DNA from: an uncultured virus (IMG/VR IMGVR_UViG_3300028833_006000)
Lineage: Duplodnaviria; Heunggongvirae; Uroviricota; Caudoviricetes
Direction: 5' to 3' (one strand)
DNA: 64,000 bases
Virus record (IMG/VR): IMGVR_UViG_3300028833_006000
Shown here: positions 28,588 to 38,656 of the stretch, one piece after another
Numbering within the stretch: position 1 is the stretch's first letter
Layout of the letters: every line of letters begins with the position of its first letter
Program-made: the position numbers and the translations under genes
The notes under the pieces: model-generated
Seen by the model: the letters and a program-made list of their open reading frames with translations, nothing else
Databases searched by the model: none
What the model was told of the DNA's origin: nothing

Positions 28588-29793
28588 ATGACACCAGATG
28601 GAATCATGACTTACGAGGACTTTGGTGATTTCTACACCAATCCCGTAATACAAAAAATTGCCAATAACAAGAGATGGACCGTATCTACGACCAAAGAAGT
28701 CATCGGCAATGATGGTAAGAAGAAAAGCAAAATGCCTCTGGATATGTATGCACTTATAAATCTCGAAAAAGTATGGGGTTGTGCATGGGATCGAGGGCAT
28801 CATCCTCTGGTTGATCTGCAAACGGTATGCGATACGCTGCCTACAGCAAGAAATAATGCATACCTGTTAGATGCCACAGAGGACGGCTTTGTGGTCCTCG
28901 ATGTCGAGGGCGCATGTCCGGAATTTCTTAAGAAAGAATTCCTGAAGCTCCCATACAAATATGGAGAAATATCCATGTCAGGACATGGTTTGCATTTAGT
29001 CTTTGATTTGCCAAAAGACATCCTTGCTAAATATCCTGATGCAGCGGCTAAGGCTTCAATGCAGAGCAAGGATAAGGATTATGAAATTCTTATGGCAGAT
29101 CACTTTGTTACATTCACCAGAAACGTACTTCCGCCATCTACCGGAGAACTGTCAATCAAAGATTTTGAGAACATCTTTGAATCGCTTTGCAGAATTCAAA
29201 GACCATCCGTGAAAGCAGAATCTGTCCGTGTTGCAGACATCGACACGAGCAATATTCCACGTTTTGAAGAAATCACGGATGCACTTCGTAAGCAGGAATA
29301 CGGCAAGACTCTGGAAGATTTTGCTTATGAAAGACGTGCAGGCTATGACAATTCAGCTTACGAACACTACCTGTCACGATTTTATTACACTCGTCTGAAG
29401 AAAATGCTCAGAGAAGCACAATACGCTGATCTGAACTACTCAGATGAAGATAAAGCGCTCATCATCTATACAATCGCCAGCGAAAAACTACCATACAGAG
29501 ATAAACACGACGAGAGTAGAGCCGGCATGCCTTGGCTGTTATTCCTTGTGACCAGAATGATCGCTAAGACCGACATTCAGGATGAGGAATGGGAAAAGAG
29601 CCAGATGCACAGTAAATACGAAACAGACGAAGAGCGTGAAGCAAGACTCGCCAGGGAACAGGAAGTCATTGAAAAGCGCAGAGCCCGTGATCACAGATAC
29701 AATTCTCTTGTACTGAAAGAACACTCTGGCACGCTCACTGACGCTGAGAAGAATGAACTCGAAAACATCAGAAAAGAATTCAAGTTCAAATAA
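28588..29793 (+). CDS. AEP-superfamily primase-polymerase-like protein
   Basis: VVLDVE (motif I), EISMSGHGLHLVF (motif II), HFVTFT. Confidence 0.75.
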   Translation: MTPDGIMTYEDFGDFYTNPVIQKIANNKRWTVSTTKEVIGNDGKKKSKMPLDMYALINLEKVWGCAWDRGHHPLVDLQTVCDTLPTARNNAYLLDATEDGFVVLDVEGACPEFLKKEFLKLPYKYGEISMSGHGLHLVFDLPKDILAKYPDAAAKASMQSKDKDYEILMADHFVTFTRNVLPPSTGELSIKDFENIFESLCRIQRPSVKAESVRVADIDTSNIPRFEEITDALRKQEYGKTLEDFAYERRAGYDNSAYEHYLSRFYYTRLKKMLREAQYADLNYSDEDKALIIYTIASEKLPYRDKHDESRAGMPWLLFLVTRMIAKTDIQDEEWEKSQMHSKYETDEEREARLAREQEVIEKRRARDHRYNSLVLKEHSGTLTDAEKNELENIRKEFKFK

Positions 29794-29816
29794 TATCGAA
29801 AGGAGGATTTGGGATA

Positions 29817-30965
29817 ATGAAGAAAAAAACAAATGATTACCCCTTTATGCCGGAATCGCGAATGCAGAAACTGACAAAAGAGGCAATGTCATATGCCACG
29901 CATCAAACCAATGTGATATCAAAAATCCTGAATCCTCATCGATATGATGATGGCGGTATATACGGTCAAAACGATCTGATATCCATGTGGAATGATACCG
30001 CCTTTAATACTGATGCGTGGCCCGAATACAAGAAACCGGTATTGATTGCTCGCGAGACCAATCCTGTTGTTGATTTCTACGAGCCGCTATTGCGTAAAAT
30101 GCGCACGCAATACTTTGACCATGCGTTCCAAAAACATGGATATAAGAACTTGCAGGAGTTAAAACAGCTTCCACAATTCGATATTTCCAAATCATGTGAA
30201 CATACGGCATCATTCAAAAGTCTCAAAATGAATATCGAAGATGATGCAAAAGATGTTGCTATGACATATGGTATGGATATCTTCACACCATGCCTACCGG
30301 AATATGTCATAAAATTGTCTGTGAATCATATGCTTCACATAAAATCACTTGACAAAAATCCTGAAAATGATTTATATCAGTATGAGTTTAGCGATTATCT
30401 GATCGATAAGCGTGAAGTGGTATGCACCACACGTATGACATTAACAGCGCAATACGACAGGGAAAACCAAAGTATCGATTGGAACATTGACTCATATATA
30501 GCATATGAAGATTTTCTGACACAGGACATACCTGACATGGGATGGTCATCGCAGGAAGTAAATTTTTGGAACGATATCTTTGGAATAGAACATACAGGCG
30601 AAATGATAGAGATCAATTGTCCTTTGGGCTTTGATGAATCAGATCGCTTATGCATTGATAAAGCAAAAACAGGTCATATGTTTCTCAGAAATCAAGCAAT
30701 AGTAGAGTATTTGCAAAAATCCTTACGACAGCTTGATTTACCCAACTTGGACATTATTGCACAAGGCCCCGACGTTATGGACAAACTGAGAAACAAGAAG
30801 ATAAACATGGCTTATCCAAAATATCTCACTTTAATAGCATTGATAAACATTGAGCTTATAAAAGAAAAGCGGAATTTCATCCTCCCTGAGGATGCAACCG
30901 CTATCAAAATAGGTAACTTATCAGTGAGAACATCGACTCCACTCAGATTGAATATCCGAGTATAA
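29817..30965 (+). CDS. hypothetical protein
   Basis: 382-aa ORF with AAGGAGG RBS. Confidence 0.75.
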   Translation: MKKKTNDYPFMPESRMQKLTKEAMSYATHQTNVISKILNPHRYDDGGIYGQNDLISMWNDTAFNTDAWPEYKKPVLIARETNPVVDFYEPLLRKMRTQYFDHAFQKHGYKNLQELKQLPQFDISKSCEHTASFKSLKMNIEDDAKDVAMTYGMDIFTPCLPEYVIKLSVNHMLHIKSLDKNPENDLYQYEFSDYLIDKREVVCTTRMTLTAQYDRENQSIDWNIDSYIAYEDFLTQDIPDMGWSSQEVNFWNDIFGIEHTGEMIEINCPLGFDESDRLCIDKAKTGHMFLRNQAIVEYLQKSLRQLDLPNLDIIAQGPDVMDKLRNKKINMAYPKYLTLIALINIELIKEKRNFILPEDATAIKIGNLSVRTSTPLRLNIRV

Positions 30966-30987
30966 TAACAGAAAGGAGATATGTCAT

Positions 30988-31797
30988 ATGAAGTCATTGA
31001 CATATTTTGACGTAACACAATTCATAACACTATTTCATATCGAAATATGTGCTATTGTCTTAGCGATAATCGGATTTATCAGTCTGGTTATCACATTCGT
31101 TATGAGATGGCGATATACAGTCAAGACAAAACAGCATGTGGATGAAATTGGGGATTTTGGTGTTGCCGCCGAAAATGCAAAACTGACAAAAATCCACAAT
31201 GCTGCATTCAAAGTCGGAGCAGTCGCTTTTGCTCTCGCACTTATTTGCCTGTTCATATACGGTATCATCTTTTCCCAGGCAAAGAAATACGGAGCATATG
31301 GTGATTTTTATAAGAAAAACACCTTATCAGAGATAAAGTACAACATTGACCACGGTTTCATCGACCAGTCGGCAGAAGTTCCTGTAGATCCAAAAGGATG
31401 TGTAATTATATTCTTCCGCTGGGGATGTCCTGACTGTGCCAATGTACATGATGCTCTGTTGGAAAAGCTGAAAGAATATGATCTCTTTAAGACATATTTC
31501 GTATCATCACGCTCTGACAGAGGCCAGCAGCTGATTGCACAGTATCCAATTGAAGAAGTACCATCTGGCATTTATATCTATTACGATATGAATAGCGGCG
31601 TTGAATATCAGTACAAAGTCCTAAACGATGGAACAGAACTGGATGAGTACAATCTTGATACACTGCTCTGTGTGCAGCTTTATATACGTACATTTGAATT
31701 GCCTGTAGAATATGCGGATGATGCTCCTGCAGAAATGCCCGAAAGATACCGCATGGACACAGAAGATTCACCAGCTCCCGAGGAGGAAGAAAAATGA
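30988..31797 (+). CDS. Membrane protein with thioredoxin-like domain
   Basis: Two TM helices; WGCPDC; EVPS cis-Pro-like motif. Confidence 0.7.
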   Translation: MKSLTYFDVTQFITLFHIEICAIVLAIIGFISLVITFVMRWRYTVKTKQHVDEIGDFGVAAENAKLTKIHNAAFKVGAVAFALALICLFIYGIIFSQAKKYGAYGDFYKKNTLSEIKYNIDHGFIDQSAEVPVDPKGCVIIFFRWGCPDCANVHDALLEKLKEYDLFKTYFVSSRSDRGQQLIAQYPIEEVPSGIYIYYDMNSGVEYQYKVLNDGTELDEYNLDTLLCVQLYIRTFELPVEYADDAPAEMPERYRMDTEDSPAPEEEEK

Positions 31798-32609
31798 TAT
31801 ACCTTATAGTTGGTCGGACAGGATCCGGCAAAGATTACCTTGCCAGAAAACTCACCGAGCGAGGATTAAAACAGGTTCTGTCATATGCGACAAGACCAAA
31901 GCGCAGCGAAAATGAAAACAGCCATATATTCATAAAGCCCGAAGAGGCTGATCAGTTCACTGATAAAGTGGCGCAGACCGTCATCAACGGATACGAATAC
32001 TTTGCCACGGCTGAACAGGTGAATGAGTCCGACATTTACATCATCGATCCTAACGGGATTGATGTTCTTGTGAAGAATATGCCGGAAACAGAATTTCAGG
32101 TAATCTATGTTCAGGCAAATGATGACTTGAACCGTAAAGCAAATGCAGTAAAGCGTGCTGAAGACAAAATCGCAGAAGAGCAGGTTTTCGATCAGAGAAA
32201 TGCTGCTGAAGATGAGCAGTTCAGCGATTTTGAAGACAAGATCTACAATCGCATGGATGATGAAGTGTGCTTTCCAAGCAACATCAATCACGTGTTAATC
32301 TACACAAATGATTACACAGAAGAATCCGTGTCCAAATATGCAGACGGTCTGATCCAGAGAAAAACCCTCATCGAACGCATGGCAGCAATTGTCAAAGACT
32401 GCCTCGATATGGGTATCTTGGAAAAGGCTGATGACACAGCGGACAATGGTGAACCAAAGGTTAAATCCTACATCACATCCGATGACGGTGAAACCAGAGA
32501 AAACATTGCGGCCACCATAGAGCATTGTGCGATCAGATTGCTTGGTGAACCCGAGAATTTCATGTACATCATGCAGCAGTACATCACTGCATCCGAAAAA
32601 TTCAGCTAA
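31794..32609 (+). CDS. Guanylate-kinase-like protein
   Basis: GRTGSGKD P-loop, SYATRPKR..E...HIFI, YIIDPNG. Confidence 0.8.
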   Translation: MIYLIVGRTGSGKDYLARKLTERGLKQVLSYATRPKRSENENSHIFIKPEEADQFTDKVAQTVINGYEYFATAEQVNESDIYIIDPNGIDVLVKNMPETEFQVIYVQANDDLNRKANAVKRAEDKIAEEQVFDQRNAAEDEQFSDFEDKIYNRMDDEVCFPSNINHVLIYTNDYTEESVSKYADGLIQRKTLIERMAAIVKDCLDMGILEKADDTADNGEPKVKSYITSDDGETRENIAATIEHCAIRLLGEPENFMYIMQQYITASEKFS

Positions 32610-32640
32610 CAACCATCAGCGATTCACAAGGAGATGAATT

Positions 32641-33006
32641 ATGATAGCAGAAAGCGTAAACATTCACGTATGCCCCCGATGCCATTCAGATCATGTCAAA
32701 TCCGGCAGAATATCGGGGCGAGGATCCAAGCACTACATCCGATGCGAGAACTGTGGTCATGAGATCAAGGGCGATACACTTGCAACATTAGCCACTATAT
32801 GGAACGTATCCAAAGAAGATCATGTTGCTTACGTTCCAAAAATCCTCAGCAATTACGGAAACTGCTTCATCGCACAGAAAACCTGTGATATCTGGGAGGG
32901 TTATGACCTCGCGGATTATCTGTCAAAATTGACAGACCAAGTTGTCATACTCCGAGAGTGCAACTATATGGACAATGGACGTGTGGCTGAAATGAAACGA
33001 TACTAA
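32641..33006 (+). CDS. Zn-ribbon protein (Lar-like N-terminus)
   Basis: CPRC...CENCG...WN. Confidence 0.55.
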   Translation: MIAESVNIHVCPRCHSDHVKSGRISGRGSKHYIRCENCGHEIKGDTLATLATIWNVSKEDHVAYVPKILSNYGNCFIAQKTCDIWEGYDLADYLSKLTDQVVILRECNYMDNGRVAEMKRY

Positions 33007-33015
33007 AGAACGGAG

Positions 33016-33729
33016 ATGAGTATGATGGAGAACATTACCATTGTTAAGGCTCAGGATAATCAGCATATCTTGGCCTTATACAATCCTGATGATGTCAGGG
33101 AATATGGGATAACTGCATCAGGGCTGCTTGAACAGGTAACAATGTTCAGTGCTCTCGGCGCCAACGGCGTATTTATAGGGCACTTGATGCACAGCTTCAT
33201 CATGCCTTATTTCCAACAGAACACAAAAGATCAATATCTCGACTACAAGCCTGTATCTGTGGATTTCAAGCAACTACCTGATGACATGGTGTTGCTGATT
33301 GTTCAGTTTTGTAGAAAAGACATGACATGTGACGGAAACTGTCGGCAATGCCAGTATGATCCAAAAGAAATGGTTGAGTCATCAGCTGAACAGTATATCA
33401 ACGAATATCTGGCCGAGAAGAAAGTTGAAATAGACGAGTTCCAGAACAAGTGTGTCCTCAAGACAGATTCACTTGACACCTTATTCAAGGCATGTACGGT
33501 ACTCCCGATAACAAAATGCATCGATGGCGATATCATCAAATATCAAAATGCATATTATCTGTCATTCACATATTATGACAAGGATTGGGAAAGTATCAAG
33601 TGGAACGTACTCGCCCTTGGCGAATTCGGTGAACTGAAGAATCCAATCATGCATAGTTACCTCACAGAACATGGACAGCTGATATCTGATAAATTGCTTG
33701 ACATCTGCAACAGTGATTTGGTCAAATGA
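33016..33729 (+). CDS. MecA-like Clp adaptor (divergent)
   Basis: C-terminal KYQNAYYLSF...LGEFG......SYLTEHGQLI resembles the MecA C-terminal domain. Confidence 0.6.
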   Translation: MSMMENITIVKAQDNQHILALYNPDDVREYGITASGLLEQVTMFSALGANGVFIGHLMHSFIMPYFQQNTKDQYLDYKPVSVDFKQLPDDMVLLIVQFCRKDMTCDGNCRQCQYDPKEMVESSAEQYINEYLAEKKVEIDEFQNKCVLKTDSLDTLFKACTVLPITKCIDGDIIKYQNAYYLSFTYYDKDWESIKWNVLALGEFGELKNPIMHSYLTEHGQLISDKLLDICNSDLVK

Positions 33730-33791
33730 CAAGTACCCTGTATCAGTCATTTGATCAGCCGCTGGCTGTGTTTATTTAAGGAGACAATAAA

Positions 33792-34127
33792 ATGACAATC
33801 AAAATGTTGAAAGAAGCCATCAAAGACTTGCCTGATGACATGAGAATTTGCGCCGATGACGGATCACGTGGACTTTTCAGCGATAACAGTGAGTTTCTTT
33901 CTCTCTGTGCAGCCGTTGGAAATGACAAGATGTGTGTTCTCCAGACAAGGCACGACTTTGACACTGTCAACGAATTATATTCGTGGCTTGAAAATGCGTC
34001 TGAGAGCAATCAGGACGAACAGGATTTTTGGACCGAAGTCTATGAAAGAGGATACACTCCTGCTGATTTTGGTTCCGAAAAAGAAGATTGGGCCAGAGAG
34101 CAGATGAAACATTATGGACTGATCTAA
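33792..34127 (+). CDS. hypothetical protein
   Basis: AAGGAG RBS; MTIKML...KDLPDDM. Confidence 0.7.
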   Translation: MTIKMLKEAIKDLPDDMRICADDGSRGLFSDNSEFLSLCAAVGNDKMCVLQTRHDFDTVNELYSWLENASESNQDEQDFWTEVYERGYTPADFGSEKEDWAREQMKHYGLI

Positions 34128-34153
34128 AAATCACTGATACACAAAGAATAAGA

Positions 34154-34186
34154 ATCCCCGCATTCCCAAATGCGGGGATATTTTTT
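34154..34186. terminator. Terminator between convergent genes
   Basis: ATCCCCGCATT/AATGCGGGGAT + T-run. Confidence 0.75.
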
Positions 34187-34745
34187 ACCATTGAAAAATA
34201 ACATGTAAGAAATGATATGTATGTTGAAAAGCAAACACCGTATATATAATGGATATCATTACTGCAATAGTCATAACCACATATTCAGAAGGTGAACTGG
34301 TGTGGTACAATTTACAATAATGTTTGGTCTTCAGGGGATAAAACCACATCACACCTGATGCTGAAAACGAATCCCAAAACATGTGAGTAAAAATTCCCAT
34401 GCCGAGCCAGAAAAGCATACGGTACCAAATACTGCCGATGGCGCATAAAAACAATGGTATCCAACAATGCGTCCACGTTCGATGCTTGAACGGGATATAA
34501 AATATTCGCCCAAGTGCAGAATATGGGCTGTCAATATCCGGTAACAAAAGTCCGAGCAAAAAAAGCACCAAGCAAATCGGCATGTACACGAATAATGGCC
34601 ACGATGTTGTAGTTAAAAACTCAACGGACTTTTCGGCTACTTTGAAAAATACGGATTCTTCCGGCATATGGCTCATCAAAAGATATGTATCATATGCTAC
34701 TGCTGCGGTGGCAACTCCCGTCGCCACATGACTACCACCTGTCAT
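34185..34745 (-). CDS. YdjM-like membrane metal-dependent hydrolase
   Basis: MTG.SH, LLPDID..S, HRTWTH, THMFWD motifs; multiple TM helices. Confidence 0.85.
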   Translation of the reverse strand: MTGGSHVATGVATAAVAYDTYLLMSHMPEESVFFKVAEKSVEFLTTTSWPLFVYMPICLVLFLLGLLLPDIDSPYSALGRIFYIPFKHRTWTHCWIPLFLCAIGSIWYRMLFWLGMGIFTHMFWDSFSASGVMWFYPLKTKHYCKLYHTSSPSEYVVMTIAVMISIIYTVFAFQHTYHFLHVIFQW

Positions 34746-34988
34746 ATCAATCTCCTATTCAAAAAACCTCATTTATCAGATTATTATACCAGAAATGGAG
34801 AGAATATTCAATGCTGTTTCAAGTATTGATACATTTTCTACGCTGATATGCAAGGATTATTTTTTTATGTTTACAGGTTTCCACCATATAGGTAGAAACC
34901 TGTTTTACTTTGGCAAACATTGTGGGACTTGAAGTCGCCCACAACGTAAGCAAAGGAACCTATCAGCAATCTATAGGAGAGGAGTAGT

Positions 34989-35444
34989 ATGACAATCAGA
35001 GAAATTCCCGGTGATTTATTCACTGCCAAAGACGTGACGTTCATACAATGTATTTCGGCGGATATTGCTTGCGGGGCAGGTATTGCCGTAGCGTTCAACA
35101 AGCATTTCGATATAAAGAATCGTATTAAGACACGCTTAGAAAACCTGCCGTTAGATTATTGGGATGAGGGTCACATGGGCTTCGCTATTTTAGAGACTCC
35201 GGTTATCAATCTCGTTACAAAGCGAAGATATTTTGAGAAACCCACAGAGACAACTCTCAAAAATGCACTTATGGCTGCCGTCAAGATCTGTCAGGAGAAA
35301 GACGTCACTGCAATCGCCATGCCATATATTGCGTCCGGACTTGACAAGATGAACTGGAAGACCCAGGTCCGTCCTGCAATTGAAGAGGCTTTTGCAGGTA
35401 CGAATATTGATATAATGGTTTATCAGGGTATTCCTAAGAAGTGA
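34989..35444 (+). CDS. Macrodomain protein (TARG1/DarG-like ADP-ribose hydrolase)
   Basis: GDLF, CISAD..CGAGIA..F, INLVTK..Y..KPT, IAMPYIASGLD.MNW. Confidence 0.88.
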   Translation: MTIREIPGDLFTAKDVTFIQCISADIACGAGIAVAFNKHFDIKNRIKTRLENLPLDYWDEGHMGFAILETPVINLVTKRRYFEKPTETTLKNALMAAVKICQEKDVTAIAMPYIASGLDKMNWKTQVRPAIEEAFAGTNIDIMVYQGIPKK

Positions 35445-35602
35445 ATGCTCACTTCTACGAATAAGACTTTTTTCTACGAAAAGTTATGAGTATTACAACC
35501 AAAACTGTGTATTTTGGTTGCAATAGATATCTCGCAACAAACTATTGTTACACATTTTTTCATATGTCGCTACATAATAAAAACAAAAGGAGAACAGAAA
35601 TT

Positions 35603-36907
35603 ATGAACATCCCTATTGAAGTTGGCAAGGACTTTCAGGACCTTATTGCTAAAGAGGTGAAGTACGTTTCTTCAGCAACGCCTATCTGTCCCTTGATCAA
35701 GGGCGAGCCCGGCATTGGTAAGTCGAGCATCATAAGAGACATGTGCGAGCAGAACGGCTGGCATTTCTTCGAGCTCTTATGCAATCAGCTTGGCGATAGA
35801 GCTGATCTCACAGGCTGCCGTTCCGTAAAGTCAATCGAGACAGTAAACGGCAAAGACGAAGAGATTTGGAAGCAGATCTTCTTCCCTCATCAGGCAGTGC
35901 AGAATGCAATCACCTGCGCACAGAACAACCCTGATGACATCGTTGTTCTCTTCCTCGATGAAATCAACAGAACAAGTGCTGATATCACATCAGCTATCTT
36001 GTCATTCACAACAGCAAGAACAATCGGAACATATCAGTTCCCTGACAATATCCGCTTCATCGTAGCCGGTAACGATAAGGGTAATATCCAGGCATTGGAC
36101 TCTGCGTCTATCTCAAGATTCGCACAGTTCACCTTGATTCCTTCATCGGTTGCATGGATGCAGCATGAGCCGAATCTCAACCCTTACATCGCTCAGGTGC
36201 TCAAGGCAAATCCTTCTTACATTTTCTGCAAGGAATCCGGCATTGAGACATCCACTGTACAGGGTGATGACGGTGATGATTACGAGGCATCTTACGAGTC
36301 ATTCGATGACGCAGCAGAAGGCTTCCAGCAGATCACCACTCCAAGAACTATCTCCGGTTTGAACGCATTCCTTAACAGCTGCGATCTTGCACAGCTCACT
36401 TACTATGTCGGACAGACATACAAGGATTCCGACAGTGGAGAGGACGCATCATTGCTCCAGTGCATTGTCAAGGGCCACGTAGGTGATACACCTTTCGCCG
36501 ATGCACTTTGCTCCGTAATCGCAGATGATGTTTCCAAGGGTATGCTGCAGAAGGCAAACACTATCACAGCTCCTACAGAGCCTGCTGTGTACAAGAGCAT
36601 CTTGAAGTGCAAGGATAGACAGACCAGAAATGACATGATCGCGCAGCTTTCTGATGATGAGAAGTCTGCACTCATTCTCTATGCAACATGGGATAAGGAT
36701 GAGTCCAATGGCAGAGGTATTGCCAACAGAGAGATTATCACTGTTGCTGCTCAGTCCTACAAGGCAAATCTGCTCACCGGTTCATATCAGCAGCAGTTTG
36801 CAAATCTCAAGAGCCACGATGAAATGAACGAGGATAACTATGCCGCTCTCGTAAATTCAGGCACTCCGCTTGGATCAATGATCGGTAGCTTCCTTGGAAT
36901 GGATTAA
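35603..36907 (+). CDS. MoxR-like AAA+ ATPase
   Basis: GEPGIGKS, DLTG, LFLDEINR, AGN, LDSA..SRF, TPRT. Confidence 0.85.
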   Translation: MNIPIEVGKDFQDLIAKEVKYVSSATPICPLIKGEPGIGKSSIIRDMCEQNGWHFFELLCNQLGDRADLTGCRSVKSIETVNGKDEEIWKQIFFPHQAVQNAITCAQNNPDDIVVLFLDEINRTSADITSAILSFTTARTIGTYQFPDNIRFIVAGNDKGNIQALDSASISRFAQFTLIPSSVAWMQHEPNLNPYIAQVLKANPSYIFCKESGIETSTVQGDDGDDYEASYESFDDAAEGFQQITTPRTISGLNAFLNSCDLAQLTYYVGQTYKDSDSGEDASLLQCIVKGHVGDTPFADALCSVIADDVSKGMLQKANTITAPTEPAVYKSILKCKDRQTRNDMIAQLSDDEKSALILYATWDKDESNGRGIANREIITVAAQSYKANLLTGSYQQQFANLKSHDEMNEDNYAALVNSGTPLGSMIGSFLGMD

Positions 36908-36930
36908 ACACAGAAAGGAGCCGACATTCA

Positions 36931-38586
36931 ATGGCTATTACTACAAATAACCAGAAACCAACGGAATTGGTAAGTCTGTATACCGGCTCCGTTATGAATC
37001 AGTTTGATCCATATGATATAGTACGGAATCAGATCACGAAGCCGTTGTTCACACCATTGCTTCCCGGATCTCCCGCAACAATTGAAGAAGATGGAACGCC
37101 TTTGACCGAACAGGATATCACAGATTTGTTGTTTGACTGTTCGGCCGACGGTGTCAATGTGCAGGCTGAAGACCGCATGAAGGAAATCTTCCAGCAGACA
37201 TTGACATACTACAGCAAAGAACTGAATGTTCAGAACGTCTATGCTGTACAGGCTGGCCTGAAAGAGCACATGCCTCTTCCCACATCGAGATGTAAATACG
37301 TACCTACCGATGTAATCGATGCATCAAAACAGCTCATGAGCGGACAGATATCAAAGGACGCATTTTTTGCGACAGTTGCTTTCTACACCAGAGTAGATAC
37401 TTTCGGATACTATTTCGTCAACGACACTGCATGGCAGGAGTTCCAGACATGGATGGTGAATGAGGTGCAGCAGCTCGGCAGCGTCATTCCTGCAGATACC
37501 ATCAAACTCTGCCAGGATCTTCAGAACATCCGTCTCAATCAGCTTACGCAGAGCTTCGTTTTGCGTGATGATGACTCACAGAATAACGATCCATATTCAT
37601 TTGCAAGAATCTTCCCGTTTTATCTTATGATGTATGAAGTTCTCAACACGCAGAACGGCAAGCCGGCATATCTTGCTGGTCATATGCCATTCTCATTTGC
37701 AGAAAATCTGTGCCCAAGAACCATCGTCATCATGAACGTGGAGAAGCATGCCCACGCACATCCTGCTGAAATCCAGAACGAATGGAATATCGTGCAGAAG
37801 GCGTTGCAGATGAGACCAAAGGTGCTTGGCAACAATAAGATTCAGAGTTTGACATCTGTTGCCAGAATGGCTACAAAAATCTCGGCATCCGGTGCAATGA
37901 GAAAGAGCAGCCAGTTATGCAAATCTGCACAAATCAGATTCCGCAAAACGCCTTTGACGATCGCAGACCTTGATTCATATCTGAAAAAGATCTACAAGCA
38001 CGCATCTTTCGTACAGACCTCCGAAAATGCTACCAAATGCTACAAGATGACTTATCAGAGACCGTCAAGAAGAGATCCTGATAACCCGGACAGAATGGGC
38101 AAGACAACAGGCTGGAAGTATAAGCCTGATTTGCACATTTATCTTGACTGCTCCGGATCGATCTCCGAGAGGCAGTATCAGGATGCCATCAAGGCATGTA
38201 TCAAGCTGGCTAAGAAAATGAACGTAAACTTTTACTTCAACTCGTTTTCTCACTACATGAGCCAGACGACCAAGTTGAAGCTCAAGGACCGTTCCGTCAA
38301 CGAGATCTACAAAGAGTTCAGAAAGATTCCTAAGGTTGGCGGCGGTACCGACTATGAACAGATATGGCATTACATCAATCGGAGTCAAAAGTTCAGCAAA
38401 GAAGTCTCAGTCGTAATCTCTGACTTTGAATACACTGCTCCGAATCATTATGTCAAGCATCCGAGATTCCTGTATTATGCACCTATCTCGACAAGTTCAT
38501 GGAATTATATCACAGATGCTGCGAAGGACTTTGCAAAGAGCATGTTAGCAATATGCCCCGGCATCCGTAAGCACATCTTAATGTAA
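36931..38586 (+). CDS. vWA-domain protein (probable MoxR partner)
   Basis: MIDAS DCSGS, GGGTD, VISD near the C-terminus. Confidence 0.82.
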   Translation: MAITTNNQKPTELVSLYTGSVMNQFDPYDIVRNQITKPLFTPLLPGSPATIEEDGTPLTEQDITDLLFDCSADGVNVQAEDRMKEIFQQTLTYYSKELNVQNVYAVQAGLKEHMPLPTSRCKYVPTDVIDASKQLMSGQISKDAFFATVAFYTRVDTFGYYFVNDTAWQEFQTWMVNEVQQLGSVIPADTIKLCQDLQNIRLNQLTQSFVLRDDDSQNNDPYSFARIFPFYLMMYEVLNTQNGKPAYLAGHMPFSFAENLCPRTIVIMNVEKHAHAHPAEIQNEWNIVQKALQMRPKVLGNNKIQSLTSVARMATKISASGAMRKSSQLCKSAQIRFRKTPLTIADLDSYLKKIYKHASFVQTSENATKCYKMTYQRPSRRDPDNPDRMGKTTGWKYKPDLHIYLDCSGSISERQYQDAIKACIKLAKKMNVNFYFNSFSHYMSQTTKLKLKDRSVNEIYKEFRKIPKVGGGTDYEQIWHYINRSQKFSKEVSVVISDFEYTAPNHYVKHPRFLYYAPISTSSWNYITDAAKDFAKSMLAICPGIRKHILM

Positions 38587-38656
38587 CACAAACGCATAGA
38601 GTGCGACACCATGTTGCATTCTATGCGTATTTTCGCGTAAAGGAGAACATAACACC

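Noticed and set aside
34874..34943. Two hairpins upstream of the macrodomain gene as a riboswitch
   Set aside because: ACAGGTTTC/GAAACCTGT and TGTGGG/CCCACA stems are real, but no recognisable aptamer is present; left uncalled.
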